The translations under genes and the position numbers were made by a program. 64,000 bases of DNA, from the NCBI GenBank assembly GCA_035221665.1, contig CM069145.1, positions 11,594,001 to 11,658,000 of the forward strand, written 5' to 3'. How positions within the stretch are numbered: position 1 is the first letter of the stretch; the number at the start of each line of letters is the position of its first letter. The notes beneath the pieces were generated by a model. The model worked only from the letters and a program-made list of their open reading frames with translations, did not search any database and was not told the DNA's origin. Of the stretch, positions 24,784 to 38,570 are shown one piece after another. Source of the DNA: Okamejei kenojei. Its lineage: Eukaryota.

Positions 24784-26384
24784 CATACATGATTAGAATC
24801 AAGTCAAACTTAAGTACAATAGATATAGCAAAGGAGAAGATAGAGAGTGCAGAATATAGTTCTCAGCACTGCAGCACATGTATTGCAAGGGCTAGTTATT
24901 GTGCCAAATGTTTATAGAGTTCCTGATCTCCCAGATAACCTACAAAACCCTGGTGAAATGGGGTATATTACCACATACAGTGGTGTAGAAATTCATCCTG
25001 GACATTTTGCCAAGGCAATCAGTTGACATCAGGTACCTATTATATCCTCCAGCTGATATTCAGTTCCATGGGAGTTTCAAACGCCAGTTGGTGACGTGGC
25101 ACATCATTTTAGTCTCTTACAACTTTCTAGTTCAACATTGCTCCTGGGCATCTGCCCAATCTCTCAACAAAAGGTATGGCAGAAGATTAGGGAAACCACC
25201 GGAATTTCTATCCCAATCCCGAGATAAAGAGCATCAACCAGAATGACAGTACTTGAACACAATATTTGATCCCTGAGCCTGTGAAAAAAGGGTTTCCTGA
25301 GTGTGATCCCTGGTACCTGCTTACTTCACTCATACACAAGGGCCCTGATTTGTGGGGCTATTCAGAAATGATCAATTATAGGCTTTGATGTCCTGGATTT
25401 CCAGGTACTGCAAAGGGAGCTGATAACTCATCCGATATCGTTCAACATTTTGGAGATTAAACAGTTCAGAGATTCATGTGAAAGCTGAGAGAGTTTGGAA
25501 GGGGGGCCCAGTCTACTGTTCTCATTAAGGCCTACATTCTGCTCTCTCCATCTTCTTCAAGCTCACTAACTTTCCACTCCCTAGAAGGTTGCCTTTCAGT
25601 TCAGTTTCTTGGCCATTTCTCACCCCAGGTTCGTGACCCCCTCATAACATGTGATTCATCAACTTCTTCGATTGTAGGCAGTTTCCAACTTTCTCATTCA
25701 ATCTCCATGTTGCAGTTCTCTGTCAATCCCCTTAAATATAACTTCAAGTAACCCTTGCATCCCCTCTCTCTCTGTCCCTGCCCCAGTCCCGTCATTGCAC
25801 TGGTGAGTTTCATTGCCTGTATATCTCGTCATCACCTAGCCCACAGCCAACAATGGCCCTGATCATCATGTCTTTTTTGCATATCTTTCATTCATTTGTT
25901 CTATATCTCTCTACATCACTGTCTATATCTCTCTATATCAGTTTGATAGAGAACCATAGATCAGGTTCCAGAATGTGAATGGAAGCAAGTGGATGGGGAA
26001 CTGATCTCTTATACTACAAACCTTGGCAGCACCATCCACCTTTGACGCTGAGGATTCCAAGTGCCCCATGGTCACTTTGTGCCAAAGCCATTCATTTACT
26101 ACAACATTTCAACATTGGATATTTTCAAAATTGGAATTATCAGATTTACTCCACAGGTCAATGTTCCTGATCAGTAAACTATGTGCAGGGAACCAGAGAA
26201 AGGTGTTCAAATCCCTCTAAGGCACCTGTGGGATGTAAATTTGACTATCTAAATAAATCTGAAGAAGGGTCTTGATCCAAAATGTCACTTTTCCAGGTCT
26301 TCCACAGATGTTGTCTGACCCACTGAGTTGCAACACCTTGTGTATTTTTTGATAAACCTGCACCTGCAGTTCCTTCTGTCTCTC

Positions 26385-26558
26385 TCTTAATAAAATATTA
26401 ACTAATATTAATTATAATATTAATATAATATCAAGGGGGCGGATTAGTGTGTGTGTGTGTGGGGGGTGGTTAGTGTGTGTGTGTGACACTGCAGACCCCC
26501 CCCCCCCCCCCACAGACATGCGTTGAGGGGACGGGACACAACAAGTCCAACGGTCTAG
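26385..26558 (+). mobile_element. Possible non-autonomous Helitron-like element
   Basis: AT-rich start, GT microsatellite, degenerate GC-rich subterminal hairpin, ends CTAG followed by T, no duplication seen. Confidence 0.4.
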
Positions 26559-27383
26559 TCTTCCGTCAATATTCCTTTCATTTAGCACCCTCCTCACCTT
26601 CAGGAATCTCTTTGATTTTCAGAAACAACCTTTTTCATTATTCTACAATGCTTTCCACACTTTGTGCCTTTGAAGTTATTCCAACTGCCTTCTTTCCATG
26701 AGGATTGGCTACTGTATTGGTTACATATTGTAATGATGTTAATGAACTAATCAAGAGACAGGAGCTAATGAGTAGGAAGGAACTGGAAATGCTGGTTTAC
26801 ACTGAATACAGACACTAATTGCTGGACAAACTCAGCAGGACAGGCAGCATCTCTGGATAGAAGGAATGGGTGACGTTTCGGGCCAAGATCCTTCTTCAGA
26901 CTGAAGAAGGGTATGAGTTACAGCACATTTGGTGTATATCACAGGAGCTAATGATACAGAAAGGTGAATTCAAATCACACCCTGCATTTGGGAAGTCAAT
27001 TGTTAAGCCTGCAACAAAATGCAATACAGTGAAAGTTGTAACTTGTTATTGAAATCTGTGTTTTGCTAAATCATTTTGGGAAGGAAATTTGTCGTTCAGG
27101 AAATTGTGTTTGATATTCAATTGCCCTCTGGAATAACCCACCAGGCCATACAATTCTTGGAACTAAATGCATGTCTTGGCAGCAACAACTATGCTCCATG
27201 GACGAAAGGTTATAGGGATGACAATTGCTCTGTTATTCTGACTGTTTTCTTTGAATCTTTGTCTTGTCTAGCCTACTACTGTTTGAAGCTAGAAAGATAA
27301 CATTGTGGGCTGGTTAGTTCTGAGGTGTTAAACAAGGAAGGTAAGAGTCCCCGTGGAAAGTCTTGACAGAAGACACCTTGAGT

Positions 27384-27672
27384 TTAGTTTAGTTTAGAGA
27401 TACAGCACAGAATCAGGCTCTTCAGCCCACCGAACCAGCGATTCCCGCACATTAACACTATCCTGCACATACGAAGGTCAATTTTTACATTAATACTAAG
27501 CCAATTAACCTACATACCTGTACGTCTTCGGAATGTGGGAGGAATCCAAAGATCTCAGAGAAAACCCACGTGGTCATGGGGAGAAAGTACAAACTCCGTA
27601 CAGACAGCACCCGTAGTCAGGCTTGAGCCCGGGTCTCTGGCGCTGCACGGCAGCCACTCTACCACTGTGCCG
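27384..27672 (-). mobile_element. V-type SINE (HE1-like)
   Basis: Near full-length reverse copy. Confidence 0.85.
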
Positions 27673-28043
27673 CCAAACACCGATGTATGTTCAGGATAAA
27701 ACCAAACAGCCGGGCTCAAGCTGATCTATGTCGCTGTGAGAATGTGAAATGAAGCAAGCGGGTATTTTCATTAAAATAGGAAGTTGCCAACTGTTGCAGA
27801 AAAGTCAGTATAGCTTTAGAAATGCAGTATTCATAGTTTCTCTTTCAAAGAGAATGAAAAAGGAAGAATGCAATTTAGTTCATACACACGAAACTGAGTC
27901 AGTGAGCTATTCAAAATGTTTGAAATATTATCTCCTGAAATCATTAGTGTCACATCCACTCATTCAGACATGAGCAAACCAGGAGCAGCTTTAGCTGAAT
28001 TAGAAATGTTCTCTACAGTTACCAAAAGGGGTTCAGGTTGCAC

Positions 28044-28408
28044 CAAAGATCCTATAGATAGACAACTCCTGCTAAATGCAATGGGCTGATGTGTAGTACG
28101 CAACGGAATGGAACGTGGGCTTTTTTTCATCAATTTTTGTAACCGGACCCGACCCGTAATCAACGTTGCGGGGGAACAGTTTGTGTTAATAAATTTAAAT
28201 TCTGAAATTGAGGAGAAGATTTTTACCAAATAACGTTTGTTTTTACGAGTGACCGGCTTCCGTCTCCGCACTAGTATCCTATGGGATCTTTGGTGTGGAG
28301 ATGGGAGCCGCTTACGGAAATGGGGCCTTAAATTACCCATGAATCTACCCATGACCGTACTACGTCTTTTTCGTCGAGTGGACTACCTTGCTCGCTATAG
28401 GATCTTTG
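28044..28408. mobile_element. Non-autonomous DNA transposon with 8-bp TSD (hAT or P superfamily)
   Basis: TIR CAAAGATCCTATAG / CTATAGGATCTTTG; flanks ggttgcac (28036-28043) and gtttgcac (28409-28416). Confidence 0.75.
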
Positions 28409-28981
28409 GTTTGCACCTTTACAATGTGTAGTGGCCAGAAATTTCTACAAAACTTATTTTTTCAGGTTTCTTTCCAGCAATTTAAATTGAATCTGGAAAA
28501 TACTGTCCCAAACTGTGTTCAGGTGTTAATAACCCAATACAGAAGAACGTAAAAATATGGGAACATGGGAACAGGTAAAGGTCAGCTCTACCATTAAGCC
28601 GCACAGGCCCTTTGGCTGTCGAGTAAACCTGTTTACATCAATTCTACCGCAACCCTCCTTCATTCACCCCTCCATCCCAAAACCTCTCTCTACATTCTGT
28701 CACTCACCCATGGGAAAATGTATTATGGCCAATTTAACCTGCCAAACCGAGCTGCGGAAGAAAACTGTGGTACTCAATTGAAGCCCCTGAGATCACAGGA
28801 AATCTCCACACAAAATGCACCAGGACTCGGGATTGAATTCGGGATTGAGGCATGAGGTAACAAATCTACTGCCTCGACCGCAGTACTGCCCATTTACTGT
28901 ATCAATGACCAGGGCATACTTTGATCTTGCTCTTTGCTAAATTTATCACCGCTTTACCCATTTAATTTTGAGGAAAAGTAA

Positions 28982-29658
28982 TTGGCCTGTCCAACTAAGG
29001 CGATTTTTCAGGCGACTGCCGGCGACTGTCAAGTTGGAACACTCACACAAACACACCCGTCGCTTACTTCACCAGCCCGTTATGCAGGCGGGGGACAGGG
29101 CAAGCAGGGGGAGCACTGTCTGAGTGAAATTCCCACGGTGCAAAGCCAAGGTGATACAGACACACACCGCGATGAACAGGAAGATTGGCGCTGTAATTAA
29201 GATGGCTAAAGTGTACGGTAAGTCCTTTAAAAGAGAGGGGGGAGAGGGAGGGAGAGAGGGGAGAAGGGGGAGAGGGGGGAGAAGGGGGGAGAAGGAGTGC
29301 AGACAACTTTTAAGAAGCCTTGCTTCCGAAAACTACTACTTACGTTTTTTTTCCCCAATAAGCCAATGAAATTCACCGGTCAGCACCGGCTACAACCTAC
29401 AAGAACCATCGACCTCCTGGCGACCCACCTACAGCACAAAATTTCTCGCTGCTCTCCATGGCGGCCTCATTCTAGTCGCAACATGTTGAAAAATTAGCGG
29501 CGACCATAATGAGGTCGTAACTAGTTCCCAGAACGCGGGAACTCCTCACGACCATGAAGGCGGCTCCCCGGCAACCACCCGCGAACTTGAGGCGACCATG
29601 TGGCGACCGCAAAATCTCCTGCAGTCGCCTAAAAAGTCGCCTACGTGGGACAGGCCCA
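28982..29658. mobile_element. PIF/Harbinger-type non-autonomous element
   Basis: TIR ..ggcctgtccaact / gtgggacaggccca; TAA duplication at 28979-28981 and 29659-29661. Confidence 0.85.
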
Positions 29659-30828
29659 TAAGATCGAATTTAAATCCTCCGTGACATTAGTTAAGAAATA
29701 AATATTAGCCACAGCTCTGTTGCACAACTTACAACAGTGCCATAGAATCTTTAATGTCCTCATGAAAGACCATATAGTTCAAAATAGTTCTCAAAAAAGA
29801 CCATATAGTTCAAGGTTTTGACAGTGGGGAGGAGCCGTGCCACTGCCTAACTGATGCCAATATAATAAAATCTTCATCCTTCTCTGGAAGCAACAAATGA
29901 AGTCACAACATTGAAAATGCTAGCTTCGATACACTGTCCATTTATACCAGTACACTGAAGGGGAGACAACCTTGTCCCAATGCATTGTCCTTTGCCGACC
30001 AATTCCCTGTTTGATGAAATGGGTAGGAAGGAACTGCAGATGCTGGTTTACACCGAAGACAGACACAAAATGTTGGAGTAACACAATGGGACGGGAGCAT
30101 CTCTGGAAAGTAGGAATGGGTGATGTTTCCCATTCTTTCTCTCCAGAGATGCTGCCCGTCCCGCTGAGTTACTCCAACAGTTTATGTCTGTCTGCCCTTT
30201 TTGATTAGTTAAAGATTAATCATCACATGAGATTACGTCATTAAACTCCTGAATAAACAGTTCAAAACTACCGGTAATATCTCTCTTTCTAATCTTTTCA
30301 CCAATGGAGTCATAAAGTGATACAGTGTGGAAACAGGCCCTTTGGCCCACACCTGCCAACATGTCCCAGCTACTCTACTCCAACCTGCCTGCGTTTGGTC
30401 CATATCCCTCCAAACTCAATAAATTCCAAGGGTAGCAGATGTGAAATTCAGATTGAGAATAAAGGAAGTTGAGGATGGAATTCTGAATATTACTTTGAAA
30501 TGAAGGATCTTCAATTTTATTTTGGTGAAACTATAGAATCTTTGATCTCAATCATTAAAGTTCCATAAATTACTGAAAATAGCAAATAAATGGTGTTTGT
30601 CAGATATATCATGATGGTTTAAACACATGACTAAAATGATGTCAAACTAAATCCTTTCCATTTTTATAAAGTGATTGGATCTGCAATGGTACAAGGAACA
30701 TCACCATTCACCGCTCAACCTCTGAACAGAAGGCAAATAGTTATTTATTAGTGTTAAACCACAGACCCACTATTTGGTGCCAGTATGAGTGCCCAGCAAT
30801 AACCCTCAGCTCTTGATCACTTGACATA

Positions 30829-31052
30829 GTTTAGTTTAGTTTGGAGATACAGCACAGAAACAGGCCCTTTGACCAATCGAGTCCAGACTGACCAGCGATC
30901 CCCGCACATTATCACTACCCTACACACACACACACGAAGGACAATTTTTACATTTATACCATGCAAATTAACCTACAAACCTGTACGTCTTTGGAGTGTG
31001 GGTAGTGACCGAAGATATTGGATAAATCCGCTCTGGTCCCAGGAAGAACGCA
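30829..31052 (-). mobile_element. V-type SINE, 5' truncated
   Basis: Tail and V core in reverse orientation. Confidence 0.8.
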
Positions 31053-32358
31053 CTGGTAGAGGCAGGAACAATCAAAAGACACTTGGACAGGTAAGGATAG
31101 GGATGGTTGAGAGAGATATGGACTAAATGCAGGCAGATAGGACGAGCTTAGGAATGCATTTTTTGTCAGCATGGACAAGTTAGGCTGCAGGGTTTGTTGC
31201 CATTCTCTATAAGTCTATGACGCAATGGCTATGCCTCAATCTGCACAAGCAGTAAGATCGTCTACTTCTACTTCTGTAACTTGGCTCAATTTTGCTCTTC
31301 GCAGCTCTTGTGCACTTCTATTACCTTTGTTACCATGTGTTCTTTACTTATCTCTCGGCTTGTAAATACAATGTACTGCTGGTTGACCTTTCACAGGCAA
31401 ATCATTTTTATCACAATCTCTTGGCGCTTCGTCCAATTGAAATATTGTCTTTCCAAATAACATCAAGGTGAACATCAAAATAGAATAGAAAATTGCCCAC
31501 GGCATTATTGCAGCATGGCAAAAATGTGTACACCAATCTGTCCCTTTACATTGTAGGTGTGGCTGGATAATGTAAGTCATAAAATGATCAGGCACTACAT
31601 CGAAGTCCTTTTGCGAGGCAGATAGCATAATGGTGCCAGAACTGTGTCAACAGCTATTAAGCTGCATTCCAGTATTGGGACATCAAATTTTAAACTCATT
31701 CTCCAAAGCAAGAGAAATAAAAGATAAACATTTCACTCGGCACTGGGAACATGCCAGTTACTTCAGTGAACATTAACTGCACATTTAAAACAATTTATCC
31801 TATTTGACATTACGAGAATCTATTTTAAAACATTGTAATGATTCTTGTTTCTGCTAACATTGCCTGGTGTCTTACTAAGCTCTGCAGTTCTCTGTTACTC
31901 AATCTAAACATATATTTTTACCATCTGTGGAGAAGGCAGCCACATCTGTATTAATACTTATGGACTGATGCAAGCTCTCAAACTGAGAGAAATATCTCAC
32001 TTTAACTGCACTCCTTGCACCTAAGTTCATAATTGTGCTCTTAACACTAACAATGCCATCTTTTCTCAGTATTTTCAAAAATGAAAAATGTTATTCACTT
32101 CAGCAAACATCTTGGAAACATATTTTGCATTCTTGCTGCTATCCATTTTCGAGGCAGACATTGACAAACAATTGACAAACATAAAATAAGAACAATGATG
32201 ACAGTCTTTCTCTCATGGTAGGGGAACTCAAAATTAGAGCGAGATGCTACTATCCAATTTCTAAGTAGACATTGACAACCAATTGTCGTCTGAGGGATTC
32301 ATGTTTAAACCGTCGAAATCAAAAGATCTACATTGGAATACTTGCAAATAAGTCATCA

Positions 32359-32595
32359 CACAGAGAGTGGGGAATCTCTAGAATTCTCTGCCACAGAAGG
32401 TAGTTGAGGCCAGTTCATTGGCTATATTTAAGAGGGAGTTAGATGTGGCCCTTGTGGCTAAGGGGATCAGGGGGTATGGAGAGAAGGCAGGTACAGGATA
32501 CTGAGTTGGATGATCAGCCATGATCATATTGAATGGCGGTGCAGGCTCGAAGGGCCGAATGGCCTACTCCTGCACCTATTTTTCTATGTTTCTAT
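32359..32595 (+). mobile_element. CR1 3' end
   Basis: Near-identical to 46438-46675 and 56527-56768. Confidence 0.85.
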
Positions 32596-32844
32596 CTGAT
32601 GAAAAGTAGCTTTGGAATAAGACAGTGGGCAAATGCACTGTGTTGTGGTGTTGAGCCATGCAGATTATCAAGTTTAATTCTATGTCTGTGCTTAGATAAA
32701 GAATCCAGCACAGTCCCTTTAGTCCTGTGTCACAATCGCAGATGATAATCATAGTGATGTAGGTAATGTGGTGTAGGGAATAAGATCTTAACTGCGATGC
32801 CTAGAATCACTCGTGACTGTTTTTCCAGAAAATATTAAAGAAAG

Positions 32845-33154
32845 GGGCGGCACGGTAGAGCTACTGCTTTACAGCGCCAGAGACCCGGGTTTGATCCCGA
32901 CTACGGGTGCTGTCTGTACAGAGTTTGTACGTTCTCCTCGTGACCTGCGTGGGTTTTCTCTGAGATCTGCGGTTTCCTCCCACACTCCAAAGACATACAG
33001 GTTAGTATGTTAATTGCGTTGGTATAAATGTAAATTTGTCCCTGGTGTGTGTAGGGTAGTGTTAATATGTGGGGATCATCACTGGTCAGTGCAGACACGG
33101 TGGGCTGAAGGGCCTGTTTCTGCACTGTATTTCTAAACTAAACTAAACTAAACT
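32845..33154 (+). mobile_element. V-type SINE (HE1-like)
   Basis: tRNA head, V core, (CTAAA)n tail. Confidence 0.88.
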
Positions 33155-33854
33155 AGAGCAGGAACTCAAAAGTTTGATCGAGGAAATTGGGTGTTAAGGG
33201 ATTTTTAAGGAGGAAATTAAGGCATTGTGGTTTAAGGAGAGAATTCCAGAATTTGGGGCAATGGCAAATGAAAGTTCGACAGCCAGTGATTGACCCATTA
33301 AAACCACGTAACAGAAAAGTAAATGGAACAGAGATGGTGCTAATTCATCGCAACTAACGCTATTTCACGCTGTGAATTTTATCTTTTGATCTCAGGTATC
33401 TATCAGCAATTTCTAAGGAAGGTAATCCCCTACACTTAAACAAACTCCCTCATAATGACTGTATAACACATGAAACCACTCATGAAACCAGTGTGTTGGT
33501 CTCTATTGGGCTTGCAACATGAAACATAGACATCTTGATTTCTTGGATAAACAAACAAAGTAGGACCTAAGCTACCTAAACACAACTGTGCATGTTCAGA
33601 GCACTTAATTCTTTCACTGGACATACAAAGCTGGAGGGTGGCAACACATCGTATCATCTTACCGCACAGTTTACTGGTGTAGAAACTTTATACGGCATTC
33701 ATTTGGCAGCGCTTGAACAGTTAGACATACAATTGTGTAGGAAGGAACTGCACATGCTGGTTTGAACCAAAGATAGACATAAAAAGCTGGAGTAACTCAG
33801 TGGCACAGGCAGCATCTCTGGAGAGAAGGAATGGGTGACATAGATACATATACA

Positions 33855-34160
33855 TAGACAATAGGTGCAGGAGTAGGCCACTCGGCCCTTCAAGCCAGCA
33901 CCGCCATTCGATGTGATCATGGCTGATCATCCACTATCAGTACCCCATTCCTGCCTTCTCCCCATATCCCTTGATTCCGCGAGCCCAAAGAGTTCTATCT
34001 ACAGTTAAATCTCTTTTGAATGCATCCAGAAAATTGGCCTCCACTGCCTGCTGAGGCAGAGAATTCCACAAATTCACATCTCTCTGGGTGAAAACTCAGT
34101 TCTAAATGGCCAACCCCTTATTCTTAAATGGTGGCCCCTGGTTCTGGACTCCCCCAACAT
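33855..34160 (-). mobile_element. CR1 3' fragment nested inside a palindromic PLE element (about 33737-34230)
   Basis: CR1 UTR lies between two inverted pLTR halves. Confidence 0.75.
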
Positions 34161-35829
34161 CACCCATTCCTTCTCTCCAGAGATGCTGCCTGCTCCACTG
34201 AGTTACTCCAACATTTTGTATCTATCTTCACACTTGTACAATTGTTCAAATAATGTTAACACATTTGTGTGCAGTTTTGCTATAACATGATAATTCTAGC
34301 CGAGGACCTGTGCAAGGGCTTGTCTGGATCGACCGGAAACATGATAATCACCACAGCAAGTTGCCTTTTGATGCTCCAATGCAGGAACAAAATGATACAA
34401 CCCCGTCATTTGTTACACTTTGATAATATATATTGATAACACATATTAAGTTACACATTGATAAATATAACTTAACTTACATTAATGTGCCCCCTTGACA
34501 TCTTCTGTCGAATCAATTAAAGTAAGATCCCACGATGAAAACTCCTTCATCACCCGTGGCACAAAAGGAGGCCATTTAGTTCATCGTGTTGTTTCAGTTT
34601 AGTTTATTGTCACGTGGACCGAGGTGCCGTGAAAAGCTTTCGTTGCGTGCTAACCCATGATGACACATGATTGCAAGCGAGCCATTTGCAGTGTATAGAT
34701 ACATGATAACGTTTAGAGCAAGGTAAAGCCAGCCAGTTGCGTTGGCTCTTTGAAAGAGCCTATCATTGCGTCCCAGTCATCTTCTCTTTCCCTGCAAGTG
34801 CTTTCCTGTTCAAGTGAAAGCCATTTTCTTTGGAAATTAAATATTGAATCTGTTTCCACTGCTCTTGTTGGCGGTGCATTCTAGATTATAAAACCTACAG
34901 CATTTATATTTAAAAAGGGTCACCTTTCTATCTCATTATCTTAAATCTGTGTCACCTGGTAAATTAAGCCTCCTGGCATCAATTGAGGAAAGAACAAATG
35001 CCATTTTATAAAATGAATTCAAAGCACAAGTCCTGTTGAAGTGAAAGATATAAAGAGGACTTTTGTAAGATACATTGATTTTTTTTTGCATATGAGTTTG
35101 GTTTTCTCCGACATCAATAGTGCTGAATACCTCTGCTGAACCCATTTTCTTATTTTGATGTCCAAGCAGTATAATATTTTTGTTCAATTTCATACTGAAT
35201 ATTTTTATAATGACGAAGCAGATGCTGCGATAGAAAAGTAAAATTGAATTGTTCGCTGGATATTAATGCACAAGGAATGAAGTTCAAGAGCTTGCTGCTT
35301 GAGTTCTTTCGCACTCTGATTACACGTTTGATTAGTACGGGTGCCAGGGGGACAAGGTAGGAGAATGGGGTTCGGAGGGAGAGATAGATCAGCCATGGTT
35401 GAATGGCGGAGTAGACCTGATGGGCCAAATGGCCTGATTCTGCTCACGAAGGGTCTCGACCCAAAACCTCACCCATTCCTACTCTCCAGAGATGCTGCCT
35501 GTCCTGCTGAGTTACTACAGCTTTTTGTTGTCTATCCCCTATCACATGACCTTATGACTTTAGAGGGTACACAAAAGGCTGGAGCAACTCAGCGGGTGCA
35601 GCAGCATCTAAGGAGCGAAGGATATGGGCGACGTTTCTTCAGACCAGTCGCCCATCTCCTTCGCTCCTTAGATGCTGCTGCACCCGCTGAGTTTCTCCAG
35701 CCTTTTGTGTACCCTCGATTCTCCAGCATCTGCAGTTCCTTCTTTAACACCTTATGACCTTATATCTCTACTGCCACTGGCTTTCCATTGTACACAAATT
35801 CCCTCAGCCCCCACTGCTCTCTTACAATA

Positions 35830-36130
35830 AAACCTTACAAGGAGATCTGAAAAACATGGACCACTTCCCATCTCTCGAGAGTGAAGACAGACTGTCTTGT
35901 CGGGTCAATGAAGGGTCTGTGAAATCCTTCATATTTACTGGAAGGACAAGTGAACCAACATCTGTGTCCTGTCTCAGGCCGGCATCCCCAGCATTGAAGG
36001 CCAAGTTGCACCAACTTATCTCTGTTAGGCAGGCCATCTGATTCAGCTCATGGGCAGGTGAACAAGGTGGCAAACAAGAAATGCTTTGGCATCGCGGATT
36101 CCTGGCAATTTCTGGTCCATGACTATTCAG
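35830..36130 (+). mobile_element. Old RTE-clade LINE RT fragment
   Basis: LKNMDHFPSL (cf. VDHFPYLGS) and WKDK*TNICVLSQAGIPSIE..AGHLI remnants. Confidence 0.6.
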
Positions 36131-36942
36131 TATGTAGGAATAAATTACAAAATGATATTGAATCCATGCAATAGAGCCACACAGAAACCCAAACATGGGC
36201 AAATGGGGCTAGCTCTGAGGTGACATCTTGGTTAGCATGGACATGTTGGGCTGAAGGGCCTCATTCCATACTGCATGACTCTATTGAGTTAGTAGGTGAC
36301 ACCATCTCACAAATTATCCTCTTGCCCCATCACATCTCCTCTCCCATCTGTGGACATTCCTGTGGTTCCCACATTAGGTTCATTAGCCGCATCGGAATCC
36401 ACAAAACCAGACGGGAGAAGACGTCTTCGATCCCAGGGGACAGTCCAAGAACAGACTGGCTGTTGACAAATGAGAGGAGCAGTGGTGGGGGAGAAAGTGC
36501 AGTATTAGATATCTTGGACTGAGAGCCACAATAGTTATAGCATGTTCCCACATTTGAAATAATGATTAAAATTATACACAAACAGAAAATGCTGGGATTC
36601 AGGATATTTGGAAGCCTGCCCAAGCAACTAATGCTCATGAACATCTCCGTATTTGTACATTTTAATTCAAGTGAGCCACTGCAGTATCAGTAGCACCGAG
36701 AAGTTTTTTAAGCTCTAAAAGCATCAAGGGGTTCATTAAATATTCTTTCTAGACAAGGAGATTTGATGCTCAATGGCATTTCACATTTGATGCAAATTTA
36801 AACTAGTTTGAAAGTCCCAGATTCTGGATTTGGGAGGCATGTCTTAGAGCTCTACTCCATTTATTTATCGTCACACTGGATTCGAGTCAGTCCTTTCATA
36901 TTCACTTACAATCTTGAATCCGAGACGTTGTGCTGTGATTTA

Positions 36943-37141
36943 GGGGCCTGTCCCACTTGGGTGTCATTTGCGCGTCATTTCCGCGACATCATTTGCGCAT
37001 CACGATGTGATGCGCGCATGGTCCGTGGTGACATAGGCAGTGACACACAGTCGCGCGCGGCACCCCGGGATTTTGGTAAGAACTAAATCTTTGCGCGCCA
37101 TCTACGTGGCACGCAAATGACGCCCAAGTCGGATAGGCCCT
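36943..37141. mobile_element. PIF/Harbinger-type MITE
   Basis: ggggcctgtcccacttgg / ccaagtcggataggccct; TTA duplication; same family as 51610-51772. Confidence 0.85.
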
Positions 37142-37444
37142 TTATCTGCCGCAACTGCCCTTTGTTGCAAGGTGCGTCCACCCTGCTATTAGACAGGGAT
37201 GCAGCGGAGTTTGTAAGAAAGAAAATGGGCCTCACTTGGGAAGTAAAGCCATTGCATGAAAAGTCCAAATGTGTGAGACTTCTGGAATGGAAAGTGCAGA
37301 TGAATACAGTGGAAAGGATTCTTTCAAGGATCTCAGGAGCAAGTGACATGTGATTGGTAGAGGAATTTAGAGATGATGATATTCCCATGGACCTTGTGTT
37401 TTTATGACTCGTGGAATCTGGGTTTGGGAGATGTCCTTGAGGTT

Positions 37445-37800
37445 CATAAGTTCAAGAGTGATGAGAGCGGAATTTGGCCATTTGGTCCATCAAGTCTACT
37501 CCGCCATTCAGTCATGGCTGATCTATCTCTCCTAACCCCATTCTCCTACCTTCTCCCCATAATTCCTAACACCTGTACTAATCAAGAATCTATCTATCTC
37601 TGCCTTAAAAATATCCATTGACTTTGCCTCCGCAGCCTTCGGTGGCAATGAATTCCACAGATTCACCACCCTCTGATGAAATAAATTCCTCCTCATCTCC
37701 ATCCTAAAGGATCGTCCTTTAATTCTGAGGGTAAGACCTCTGGTCCTAGACTCTCCCACGAGTGGAAATATCCTTTCCACATCCATTCTATCCAAGCCTT
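37445..37800 (-). mobile_element. CR1 3' fragment
   Basis: DRMDVERIFPLVGESRTRG..QRVVNLWNSLP. Confidence 0.85.
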
Positions 37801-38570
37801 GGAGAAGTCTTGGTGAGTTGCCACAGTGTATGTTACAGGGAGTTGATACTGTAGCCTCATTAAGGTACTAATTGAAGGGGCTGGTCGATTTGTTCTGATA
37901 GAGAGGGCTGCTGGACATTGGGCATCTCACATCCAAGGTGCATACTAGCACTGATGTAGTGGTGAGCATTACCTCAGTGTTTTGAAACTTCAATGATGTG
38001 ACTTTGCCGCATGTTTTTGAAAAAACGAGGATATTCCATCTTTCACAAACCTTCAAGATCATCACGTGCATGGTGGGTGTTTTGTTAAAGATGACAGAAA
38101 TGCTGTTTAGGCTTGCCAAGTTTATTACTCTCATTGCTACTAATGCCATTTTACGAGGTTTTTGGCTGCCTTTTATTAATCTCCTCAGAGTCTGGTAACA
38201 TTGTGGTTAAACCACAAGCCCAAACTCCTGAGGCTTGTGTTAATAATTTGAAGATGCAAATACACTTCCTTCTATGACAAATGGGGAAGTTAAATTACGT
38301 TGTTAAGTTCAATAATGAACCACTGTGCAAGTAGCAATAGTGACCATGAAAATACAATGCCAAATGACAGTGCAGATCCGCTCTCCTTTATGCGACCACA
38401 GTCTGGCTCACTTGTAACTAACTAAAGCCATTCAGTTTTACCAGGCTTCTTTGATGAAATACGGATAATATGACACTAAAAGAAACATCTGGCATTAACC
38501 AAAGCATCAGATGAATCAAAGGCTTGGTTGACCCTGCAATGTCCTTCTAAGGACCTGTGCCAAAATTAAG

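Noticed and set aside
27272-27340. AG..GT-bounded 69-nt exon candidate
   Set aside because: Stop codons in all three frames
32139-32286. About 40-bp imperfect direct duplication; similar small ones at 29765-29813 and 53459-53500
   Set aside because: Local duplications or old TSD-like scars with no further structure
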